Source of the DNA: Planctomycetales bacterium
Lineage (GTDB): Bacteria > Planctomycetota > Planctomycetia > Planctomycetales > Planctomycetaceae
DNA length: 22,850 nucleotides
Reading direction: 5' to 3'
NCBI GenBank assembly: GCA_016235885.1
Contig: JACRIH010000533.1
Coordinates: forward strand, 1-22,850
Within the stretch, counting starts at the first letter, position 1. Each line of letters starts with the position of its first letter. The translations under genes were made by a program, and so were the position numbers. Of the stretch, positions 14,293 to 21,378 are shown in pieces. The notes under the pieces were generated by a model. It did not search any database and had not been told where the DNA came from. It saw only the letters and a list, made by a program, of their open reading frames with translations.

Positions 14293-14724
14293 ATGTCAGA
14301 TTCCGTGGTCAACGAACAACTCAATCAAATCCTGATTCGACTGCTCCGCAATCTGTCGCAGTACGCGGTCGAATCGTGGGTGTGGTCCAGCGAGAGTCAA
14401 GCCGCCGAACGAACCGTCTTCGGTCGCATCGTCACCGCACAACAACGCTCCGTGGGACGACTCGCGGACCTGCTGGCGACCCGCGCTCACAACATTGAAT
14501 TCGGCACCTACCCCACGGAGTTCACGGACCTGCACTACGTGTCTCTCGAATTCTTGCGCGATCAATTGATCGCGGACCAGGCGGGCTTGGTCCGCGATTT
14601 GGAGCGGTGCCAGCAGGCGCTGAGCGGCGACTCTGAGGCGTCGAGTCTCCTCGCTGAAATCGCGACCGCCGAACGTCAACACTTGCAGCAGCTTCGCGAG
14701 TCCGGTGTGAAAGCCGCTGCGTAG
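14293..14724 (+). CDS. Hypothetical protein (143 aa, predicted all-helical)
   Basis: ORF MSDSVVNEQLNQILIRLLRNLSQYAVESWVW... lies directly downstream of nuoN on the same strand. No family recognised from sequence alone. Confidence 0.55.
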   Translation: MSDSVVNEQLNQILIRLLRNLSQYAVESWVWSSESQAAERTVFGRIVTAQQRSVGRLADLLATRAHNIEFGTYPTEFTDLHYVSLEFLRDQLIADQAGLVRDLERCQQALSGDSEASSLLAEIATAERQHLQQLRESGVKAAA

Positions 14725-14817
14725 CCGCTGGCGATCGGGCTTCAAGCTTCCAAGCCGCACGTCCAAGCGTGAGAGGTATTGCATCTCTCGCCCTTGGGCT
14801 TGCCCCAGGGGTTCATT

Positions 14818-14867
14818 GGCTTTTGCACTACTGGAAGTTCTCGCGAAAAGCGAGTAGTGCAAAAGCC
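14818..14867. repeat. Hairpin with CTCGCGAAAAGCGAG core upstream of tatD
   Basis: 15-bp inverted repeat ggcttttgcactact / agtagtgcaaaagcc flanks ctcgc-gaaaa-gcgag. The same core occurs at 2818-2832. Confidence 0.55.
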
Positions 14868-14943
14868 GTTGAACCACCGAGACAAGCTCGGTGGCGTAAC
14901 ATTCACGGCCTCTGAATTTTTGCCGCCGAATTGCATCGCCGCC

Positions 14944-15732
14944 ATGCCCGAACTCATCGACACGCACTGCCACCTCAACGAAGAATCGTTCGACGTGGAC
15001 CGGGCCGACGTGGTCGCGCGGGCGGAAGCGGCGGGCGTCGTGACCATGATCGTGATCGGGACGACCGCGGACACCAGCCGGCAGGCCGTCGAGATCGCCC
15101 AGCAATTCCGTTCGGTCTTCGCTGCCGTGGGCATTCAGCCGAACTACGTCGCCGAATCGAAAGTCGGCGACTGGGAAGCGATTGAAGAACTTGCGAAACA
15201 GCCGAAAGTCGTCGCGATCGGCGAAACGGGTCTCGACCGGTATTGGAACGACACGCCCATCGACGCGCAGGTCGAATCCTTTCAGCGACACCTCGCACTC
15301 GCCCGCCGAACCGGTCTGCCGTTCGTCGTCCACATGCGTGAATGCGAAGCCGACATGGTGACTCAACTGCGGCTGGCGTCTCAGCACGGCTTACTGCACG
15401 GCGTGATGCACTCGTTCACCGGGGGATGGGACACTGCGCAGGCGTGCCTGGAACTCGGCATGTACATCTCGTTCGCCGGCATGGCCACGTACAAGAAGGG
15501 AGCCAACGTGTTGGACGTCGCCACGAAAGTGCCGCTCGACCGCCTGCTGGTGGAAACCGATTCGCCGTACCTCGCGCCGCAACCGGTTCGCGGCCGACGG
15601 AATGAACCGGCAAACGTCGCCTACACCGCCGAGTGGATCGCCAAGGCCCGCGGTCTGACGCTGGATGAACTCGCCGCCGCGACCACACGGAACGCCCGCG
15701 AGCTGTTCCGGTTCGAGGGTGCGACCGGTTAA
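14944..15732 (+). CDS. tatD: TatD-family metal-dependent hydrolase (DNase)
   Basis: N-terminus MPELIDTHCHLN carries the HxH motif, and the rest matches the TatD fold pattern (VVAIGETGLD, FVVHMRE, SFAGMATYK, LLVETDSPYLAP). Confidence 0.9.
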   Translation: MPELIDTHCHLNEESFDVDRADVVARAEAAGVVTMIVIGTTADTSRQAVEIAQQFRSVFAAVGIQPNYVAESKVGDWEAIEELAKQPKVVAIGETGLDRYWNDTPIDAQVESFQRHLALARRTGLPFVVHMRECEADMVTQLRLASQHGLLHGVMHSFTGGWDTAQACLELGMYISFAGMATYKKGANVLDVATKVPLDRLLVETDSPYLAPQPVRGRRNEPANVAYTAEWIAKARGLTLDELAAATTRNARELFRFEGATG

Positions 15733-15842
15733 CACAGTGAACAACCACAAACGCACAAAGACGCGAAGGATGCACGAAGTGTTTCGCAACTCAATTCTTC
15801 GTGTCGTCTTCGAGCCTTCGTGACTTTGTGGTTCATTCAAAG

Positions 15843-16898
15843 TCATCTTGGAACGGGTAACTCAACACCAAGCTGCTTCGCCAGCCGAGCCAGTGTCTCC
15901 CAATTGTCGCCGTCCAGCGGGATGCCGTTCGCCAGTCGCTCGCGATGCGCTTCGGTGCTGCGATCACCGGGAAGCTGGATGCGATGCACACCCGGCTTGC
16001 GAGGCGTGTCGCGGATGGCGGCGATCAGTTTGTCGGCCTCGCGGTGGAAGTGATCGTGTCCCGCGAACCGGGCGGGGTTCCACATCACGAGCAATACGTT
16101 GTTGCATTCCATCACATCGGTCGGAGCCGGTGGACAGAAACCACCGGTCAGGCCACCCACGAGAATATCGAGCAGCAGGCCGAGGCCGAACGCCTTGTAT
16201 CCCTGATCGCCGCCGAACGGCAGCAGAGTGCCCGGCGGATCGGCGAGCATGACGTGGGGATCGGTCGATGGATTGCCGTCGGCATCCTGAATCCACCCCG
16301 GCGGGCATTGCCGTCCCGCGAGCCGCGCGACCTTCACCTTGCCATTCGCGACCGCGCTCGTGGAAATGTCGAGCACCAGCGGTTCGCCACCCGTCGGGAC
16401 GCCAATCGCCAGTGGGTTCGTGCTGATTCGCGGCGCGATCCCACCCGGCGGCGCGACGGTGAATGCCACCCCGTTGTCGTTCACCGAAATCAATGCTCCC
16501 ATTCCATCGCGAGCGGCCATCTCAACCCATTCGCCGAGCCGCCCGATGTGTCCGCAATTCATTAGCGTGCCGCACGCGACGCCCAGCTCGCGTCCCTTCC
16601 GGCTCACGAGTTCAACCAGTCTCCGACACTGCACCTGTCCGAACCCACGACCGCCGTCCCCCGCCAGCATCGCCGGAGTCTCGGCCAGCACGCGCATCGT
16701 CGCGCCAGCGACAAGCTGCCCCGTGCCGAGTTGCTCGATGTACTCCACGACACGAAACACGCCGTGCGAATCGTGCCCGCGCAGGTTCGATTCGACGAGG
16801 CTCTCGGCGACGGTGTCGGCTTCGTCGCGGCTCACCCTCGCGGCCAGAAACAGTTCGGATGCGAATCGTTTCAGCGACTCCGCAGTGAATTTTGGCAT
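15843..16898 (-). CDS. Ldh_2-family (malate/L-lactate/sulfolactate dehydrogenase family 2) oxidoreductase
   Basis: LRGHDSHGV motif and overall pattern match PF02615-type dehydrogenases. GGAGAGG lies about 8 nt upstream of the ATG. Confidence 0.8.
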   Translation of the reverse strand: MPKFTAESLKRFASELFLAARVSRDEADTVAESLVESNLRGHDSHGVFRVVEYIEQLGTGQLVAGATMRVLAETPAMLAGDGGRGFGQVQCRRLVELVSRKGRELGVACGTLMNCGHIGRLGEWVEMAARDGMGALISVNDNGVAFTVAPPGGIAPRISTNPLAIGVPTGGEPLVLDISTSAVANGKVKVARLAGRQCPPGWIQDADGNPSTDPHVMLADPPGTLLPFGGDQGYKAFGLGLLLDILVGGLTGGFCPPAPTDVMECNNVLLVMWNPARFAGHDHFHREADKLIAAIRDTPRKPGVHRIQLPGDRSTEAHRERLANGIPLDGDNWETLARLAKQLGVELPVPR

Positions 16899-16969
16899 TG
16901 GTTGACCTCTCCGAACGAATGGGTCGAGAAAGAATGACCCGGTGTTTTTGAAACGATGCCTCTCTGCGT

Positions 16970-17031
16970 CCTCCGCGCCTCTGCGTGAGCCATCCGTCGT
17001 ATGTATCTTGTCTCACGCTGAGGCGCGGAGG
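16970..17031. promoter_or_regulatory. Inverted repeat and CTCTGCG direct repeats in the divergent Ldh_2 / hydro-lyase intergenic region
   Basis: cctccgcgcctctgcgtgag / ctcacgctgaggcgcggagg is a 20-bp inverted repeat with one mismatch. CTCTGCG recurs at 16962, 16980, 17088 and 17098. Confidence 0.4.
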
Positions 17032-17177
17032 TCGCAGAGTAAAAACCGGATTGCAATTACCGGTGACTCAAAACACGAAGATGCCTTCTCTGCGCTCCTC
17101 TGCGAAATCTGCGTTTCCCCCATTCCGGTCCCAGTAATCACAAGGTCCGGTCCCTGGAAACCGCTCAGTTTGAGTAG

Positions 17178-17236
17178 GTAGACGGGTCACTCCGTGATCC
17201 GAACTTCCGGTCACGGAGTGACCGGTCTACATTCGC
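17178..17236. repeat. Palindromic element GTCACTCCGTGA-N12-GTCACGGAGTGACCGGTCTACATTCG (intergenic copy)
   Basis: 20-bp inverted repeat gtagacgggtcactccgtga / tcacggagtgaccggtctac with one mismatch. A second copy lies at 21941-21998 inside a coding sequence. Confidence 0.7.
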
Positions 17237-17337
17237 CGCCACCCATTGTCTTGCCAAGCTATCGCACCGGTCGCGAATGGAGAAGTGAGCGGCCTGGCTT
17301 GGCTTGTAATCTGGACGAAGCCCGCCAGAATCACGCC

Positions 17338-18132
17338 ATGCTTGACCGTGACATCCTCATCACCGGCGAATCTGTGCGGCAGGCGTGCCGCTGTGGTCGC
17401 CTTGTGGAACAAACGTCGGGGCTGGCTCCCGGTTTCGCGCAGGCCAACCTTGTGGTGTTGCCGCGCGACGAGGCGTACGATTTCCTGCGGTTCTGCCGAG
17501 CCAACCCCAAGCCGTGTCCGCTGCTGGACGTGACCGAGCCGGGCGACCCCACGCCGCGACAGGTGGCTCCGACTGCGGACCTCCGCACCGATCTGCCACG
17601 CTACCGCGTTTGGGAGCACGGCCAATTGGTGGAGGAACCGACGGACATCATGCGCTGGTGGCGCGACGATCTGGTGAGTTTCGTGATCGGCTGCTCGTTC
17701 ACGTTCGAGGCCGCGTTGCTCCGCGCCGGCGTCCCCGTCCGGCACATCGAACTGGGACGGAACGTGCCCATGTATCGCACGAACATTCCCTGTCAGCCCG
17801 CCGGACAGTTTCACGGACCGCTCGTCGTGTCGATGCGTCCGCTGCGGCCGGCCGATGCGATCCGCGCCGTACAAATCACGTCGCGCTATCCGTCCGTCCA
17901 CGGCGCTCCGGTGCATCTCGGCCTGCCCGAGCAGATTGGAATCCGCGACCTGTCGCACCCCGACTTCGGCGACGCCGTGCCCATCGCGGACGACGAACTC
18001 CCCGTCTTCTGGGCCTGCGGCGTGACTCCCCAAGCCGCGATCATGTCTGCTCGCCCCCCGTTCGCGATCACCCACAGCCCCGGCTGCATGTTCGTGACCG
18101 ATGTGTTGGATGAGACGCTCGCGGTGGGTTGA
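17338..18132 (+). CDS. Putative hydro-lyase (DUF1445 / UPF0317; D-glutamate-cyclase-like), 264 aa
   Basis: [46 protein letters not shown] closely matches the DUF1445 conserved core as recalled. Start at ATG 17338. Confidence 0.75.
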   Translation: MLDRDILITGESVRQACRCGRLVEQTSGLAPGFAQANLVVLPRDEAYDFLRFCRANPKPCPLLDVTEPGDPTPRQVAPTADLRTDLPRYRVWEHGQLVEEPTDIMRWWRDDLVSFVIGCSFTFEAALLRAGVPVRHIELGRNVPMYRTNIPCQPAGQFHGPLVVSMRPLRPADAIRAVQITSRYPSVHGAPVHLGLPEQIGIRDLSHPDFGDAVPIADDELPVFWACGVTPQAAIMSARPPFAITHSPGCMFVTDVLDETLAVG

Positions 18133-18166
18133 AGTCGAAGGGTGGCTCGATTATGGGATTCTCCTC

Positions 18167-18712
18167 ATGTTTCAGAACACGCTAACGCAAAGTTGGGGTC
18201 CGGTCCTTCGCCGCGTTCTGGTCGGAATCGTATTGATTGGTGTAGCGGTTACCGCTGGCTGTAAGGCGCAACATCGGAACCGCTTCAAGTACCAATCTGG
18301 GCCACTTGGACTACACACCAGCTACCACGGATTGTGGCGAATGTCTTCGGGCGGTGACGAATTACTGCACTTTGTGATATTTCCCCCAATGAGTGCGCAC
18401 AGACTCCACGGCACCGCGGGATACGGAAGCACCCCATCGGCACGTGGAATATCATCGTTCCCGGAAGGACTATTTGTTGATGGAACGCAGGTCGCGACGG
18501 ATGACACCCAGCGTGTCTTTGTTTTGACGTCTGAGAACACGATGCGCAGTGTGTCACTGACGAGCAGCGAACTTTCGGAAGTCCGCTCCGATTCAATATC
18601 GCGTCTTCGGAATTCCGTGGTGTGGAAGCAAAAGATTCGCCCGATCGTCGAGGAGGAAGGTGATCGCTGGAAGGCATCAATGCAACCAGTGACTCGTCGC
18701 GAAATCAGGTAG
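18167..18712 (+). CDS. Hypothetical lipoprotein (lipobox VTAGC), 181 aa
   Basis: MFQNTLTQSWGPVLRRVLVGIVLIGVAVTAGC fits an n-region, h-region and L-x-x-C lipobox. The gene looks AT-richer than its surroundings. No clear SD. Confidence 0.5.
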   Translation: MFQNTLTQSWGPVLRRVLVGIVLIGVAVTAGCKAQHRNRFKYQSGPLGLHTSYHGLWRMSSGGDELLHFVIFPPMSAHRLHGTAGYGSTPSARGISSFPEGLFVDGTQVATDDTQRVFVLTSENTMRSVSLTSSELSEVRSDSISRLRNSVVWKQKIRPIVEEEGDRWKASMQPVTRREIR

Positions 18713-18753
18713 AGTGGGCCGATCAGTCGTGCTCATGGCGGCGTTGACGAAAC

Positions 18754-19113
18754 CTACCAATTCGGGTTTCGAGTCAGTTCCACCGTCCGCACGCCGTAGT
18801 CGATTTCGAGGCGGTGCGGTTTGAGCATGTCGGTGCCGAGGAGGCAGAGCTTGCCGGGGCCGATCATCACACGCACAAGTGTCGGCTCATCAAACCAGTT
18901 CACGACAACCATGAACGTGTCGTACATGGCGGTGTGTTCGTCCGCCAATTCGGCTTTCACGTCACCGGCCGGAGTGCCGCATGACGGGTCGAATAGTTCG
19001 GTGCCGACGATCAACGTGCCGGAAAAGCCCGTGTCGATTTGAAAGTCGAGCGGTGCGCCGCCGAACTGAACCGTGAGGAACGCCTGGTCCAGTTCATCCA
19101 GAAAGCCGTGCAT
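18754..19113 (-). CDS. Retropepsin-like (clan AA) aspartic protease, 119 aa
   Basis: Catalytic motif LDFQIDTGFSGTL (D-T-G-F) about 27 aa from the N-terminus, with a downstream hydrophobic-G-hydrophobic pattern typical of single-lobe retroviral-type proteases. GGGGGA lies about 10 nt before the ATG. Confidence 0.75.
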   Translation of the reverse strand: MHGFLDELDQAFLTVQFGGAPLDFQIDTGFSGTLIVGTELFDPSCGTPAGDVKAELADEHTAMYDTFMVVVNWFDEPTLVRVMIGPGKLCLLGTDMLKPHRLEIDYGVRTVELTRNPNW

Positions 19114-19363
19114 GGCGAATTGGTCCCCCGATCTTCACGGCCGCACCACCGCCGACTCGAAAGATATGCACCAGTTTCGCCCCGAATTTCGGCTGACAGG
19201 CTGCATCGAGTTCCCAAAAGTCTTTGCCCAGCACGTAGTCGCCCGAATCCGGTTCCACCGCGATGAGCTTGCCGAGGTGGTCGGGTTCGAGGACTTGCTT
19301 CAATCGCTCTGCGTACACTCGTTCGGCTCGCGAGGCGAATTCGTCGCGCTCAGATTTTGTCAT
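19094..19363 (-). CDS. Small hypothetical protein (89 aa) overlapping the protease gene start by 20 nt
   Basis: ORF MTKSERDEFASRAERVYAERLKQVLEPDHLGKLIAVEPDSGDYVLGKDFWELDAA... GAGGT lies 9 nt before the ATG. Its 3' end overlaps the protease ATG in the +1 frame. Confidence 0.5.
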   Translation of the reverse strand: MTKSERDEFASRAERVYAERLKQVLEPDHLGKLIAVEPDSGDYVLGKDFWELDAACQPKFGAKLVHIFRVGGGAAVKIGGPIRHARLSG

Positions 19364-19473
19364 CGTGATCGACCTCGAAGGAACGTGACCAGACTCGGAT
19401 CAAGCCGCAGGCAGTCTCTTGCTGATTGGCGATTTCGGCAAGGGCAAATTGGCGACTGCACATCGTGCCACGC

Positions 19474-19509
19474 TCCCTCACCCCCGGCCCCTCTCCCGGG
19501 GGGAGAGGG
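19474..19509. repeat. REP-like hairpin CCCTCACCCCCGGCCCCTCTCCC-ggg-GGGAGAGGGG (copy 2)
   Basis: Near-identical to 3672-3707. Lies 10 nt beyond the DUF1501 stop codon. Confidence 0.65.
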
Positions 19510-19518
19510 GAGGAGATG

Positions 19519-21039
19519 TTATGCCAACAACTCTTGGATCACGTGCCCATGCACGTCCGTCAACCGGCGGTCGATGCCGTTGTGGCGTAACGTCAGCTTC
19601 GTGTGGTCGATCCCCAGCAGGTGCAGGATTGTAGCGTGGATGTCGTAGACTTCGGTGGGGTTGTCGCGGTCCAGCGGCTTGTAGCCCCATTCGTCGCTCG
19701 GGCCGTGGGTGATGCCTCCCTGGATGCCGCCGCCGCACAGCCAGTTCGTGAAGACGTACGGATTGTGATCGCGCCCCTTGCCTCCTTGCGACGATGGCAT
19801 TCGGCCGAATTCGGTCGTCCAGTGGATGATCGTGTCGTCCAGCAGGCCGCGTTGTTTGAGATCCTGAATCAACGCGGCGGCGCCGCGAGCCATCCCCATC
19901 GCCAGCGGGCCGTGGTCTCGTTCGACGTCTTCGTGCGAATCCCAATTCCGGCGCGGGAAGCCGTTGTCGTTGCCCGAGTAGACCTGAATGAAGCGGACTC
20001 CGCGTTCGAGCAGCCGCCGGGCGACAAGGCACTTGCGCGAGAAATAGTCGATCTCCTCGATCGGGTTGATCTCTTTGTCGAACTCCGTCTTGCCGTGATC
20101 GAGGCCGTACAGTTTGAGGACGTGCTGCGGTTCCTGCGAAATGTCGAGCGCTTCCGGCGCGGCGAGTTGCATCCGGGCCGCGAGTTCATAGCTGCGGATG
20201 CGGGCGTCGAGTCGTTCGTCATCGTCGCGACCGGCAACGTGCAGGCGGTTCAGCCGGCCGAGCAGTTCAATTCCCACCGTTTCGCTCTGCCGTGTGATGA
20301 AGTCTCCCTGCTTCGCGGGGAACAGGTCGGCGATGGGCGTCTCGCGGCCGGGGAAGATCACCGTCCCCTGATGCTGCGCCGGCAGGAACGCGCTGTCCCA
20401 ATTCTTCGTCCCGTTCGAAGCGAAGCCGCGGTGATCGGGCAGCACGACGAACGTCGGCAGGTTTTCGTTCAGGCTGCCGAGACCGTAGCTGATCCAGCAG
20501 CCCATCCCCGGAAAGCCCGGTCGATTGAAGCCGGTGGTTTGCAGCAGCGTCCCCTGACTATGCACGCCCGTCTTGCCGACGACGTTGTGGACGAACGCGA
20601 TGTCATCCACAACCTTCCCGAGTTCCCCCACCACGTCGCTGAGCATCTTGCCGCACTGGCCGTACGGTTTGAAATCCCACACCGGTTTCAACCACGGTCC
20701 CAGCCCGTTCTGAAACGCCTCGACAGGCTCCCCAAAATCGGACGGCTGACCGTGGTGCTTGATGAGCGCGGGCTTGAAGTCGAACAAGTCGAGAGGACTC
20801 GCGGCCCCGGCCATGAAGAGTTGGATGACTCGCTTGGCGCGGGGTGCGAAGTGTGGCTGTGGTGAGTTTGAGGGCGTGAGAGTGCGAGGGTTTGGGGTAG
20901 AGTCGCCGGCGCGGAGTCGATCGTCGTTGAGGAGACTCGCCAGCGCGATCGCACCCAGGCCGCCGCCGGAGTTCCGAAGGAACTCGCGACGTGAGTGTGA
21001 ACTGTCCCCCGCCTGGCTGTGCCAAAATGAACGCTGCAT
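19519..21039 (-). CDS. DUF1501 domain protein (sulfatase-like fold) with twin-arginine signal peptide, 506 aa
   Basis: N-terminus MQRSFWHSQAGDSSHSRREFLRNSGGGLGAIALASLL carries a Tat motif. C-terminal GRDHNPYVF...HATILHLLGIDHTKLT...RLTDVHGHVIQELL is the DUF1501 signature. GAGGT lies 8 nt before the ATG. The upstream ORF extension to 21201 was rejected. Confidence 0.85.
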   Translation of the reverse strand: MQRSFWHSQAGDSSHSRREFLRNSGGGLGAIALASLLNDDRLRAGDSTPNPRTLTPSNSPQPHFAPRAKRVIQLFMAGAASPLDLFDFKPALIKHHGQPSDFGEPVEAFQNGLGPWLKPVWDFKPYGQCGKMLSDVVGELGKVVDDIAFVHNVVGKTGVHSQGTLLQTTGFNRPGFPGMGCWISYGLGSLNENLPTFVVLPDHRGFASNGTKNWDSAFLPAQHQGTVIFPGRETPIADLFPAKQGDFITRQSETVGIELLGRLNRLHVAGRDDDERLDARIRSYELAARMQLAAPEALDISQEPQHVLKLYGLDHGKTEFDKEINPIEEIDYFSRKCLVARRLLERGVRFIQVYSGNDNGFPRRNWDSHEDVERDHGPLAMGMARGAAALIQDLKQRGLLDDTIIHWTTEFGRMPSSQGGKGRDHNPYVFTNWLCGGGIQGGITHGPSDEWGYKPLDRDNPTEVYDIHATILHLLGIDHTKLTLRHNGIDRRLTDVHGHVIQELLA

Positions 21040-21114
21040 GATGAAACCTCGTGACGGTGTATTTCGTTCGTTTTTGGAGTGCGGCGGCTTGACGCCGCAT
21101 TTGTTTATTTTTGG

Positions 21115-21138
21115 CATGACAAGATTGCGGTTGTCATG
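21115..21138. promoter_or_regulatory. Operator-like palindrome CATGACAA-N8-TTGTCATG upstream of the DUF1501 gene
   Basis: 8-bp perfect inverted repeat centred about 85 bp upstream of the start codon. An adjacent AT-rich tract (tttgtttatttttgg) and the gcggc-ttgac-gccgc hairpin lie nearby. Confidence 0.35.
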
Positions 21139-21144
21139 ACTGTT

Positions 21145-21355
21145 GCCCCAACGGGGCGCAATTCGATAGCCCAGGGCGCAGCCCTGGGTTGGCAGTTGCA
21201 TCCATCACACGAGCCCCAATGGGGCGCAATATTGGGGATTCCCATATCCTCGACTGCGTCCTCACGCGAATTTCGCCCCGTTGGGGCTATCGCACCAATG
21301 ACCGCCGTTACCCAGGGCTGCGCCCTGGGCTATCGAATCGCGCCCCTTCGGGACT
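21145..21355. repeat. BIME-like cluster of GC-rich hairpins between the DUF1553 and DUF1501 genes
   Basis: 25-bp perfect inverted repeat gatagcccagggcgcagccctgggt (21165-21189) / acccagggctgcgccctgggctatc (21310-21334). Four small hairpins GCCCC-NNN-GGGGC lie in alternating orientation. Confidence 0.7.
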
Positions 21356-21378
21356 GATCAGAAAACTCCACTCCAAAA

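Noticed and set aside
14296-15387. 363-aa minus-strand ORF antisense to the hypothetical gene and tatD
   Set aside because: The plus strand carries a clear TatD hydrolase (HCH motif and others). The antisense translation is Arg-rich without family features.
17227-18075. 282-aa minus-strand ORF antisense to the DUF1445 hydro-lyase gene
   Set aside because: The plus-strand frame matches the DUF1445 core motif, and the antisense frame is low-complexity.
19094-19140. Retroviral-style programmed -1 frameshift fusing the 89-aa ORF to the retropepsin
   Set aside because: The protease frame is +1 relative to the upstream ORF, so a -1 slip would not fuse them. The protease also has its own ATG preceded by a G-rich SD. 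It was treated as an ordinary short-overlap gene pair. The G5 tract is still noted in the islet finding.
19603-20865. 420-aa plus-strand ORF antisense to the DUF1501 gene
   Set aside because: The minus-strand frame carries the Tat signal and DUF1501 motifs. The plus-strand frame is a GC-driven artefact.
21042-21201. Upstream extension of the DUF1501 ORF to 21201 (MQLPTQGCALGYRIAPRWG...)
   Set aside because: The extension is a translation of the BIME-like repeats. The Tat motif sits at residues 17-18 from the ATG at 21039, which also has a GAGGT SD.
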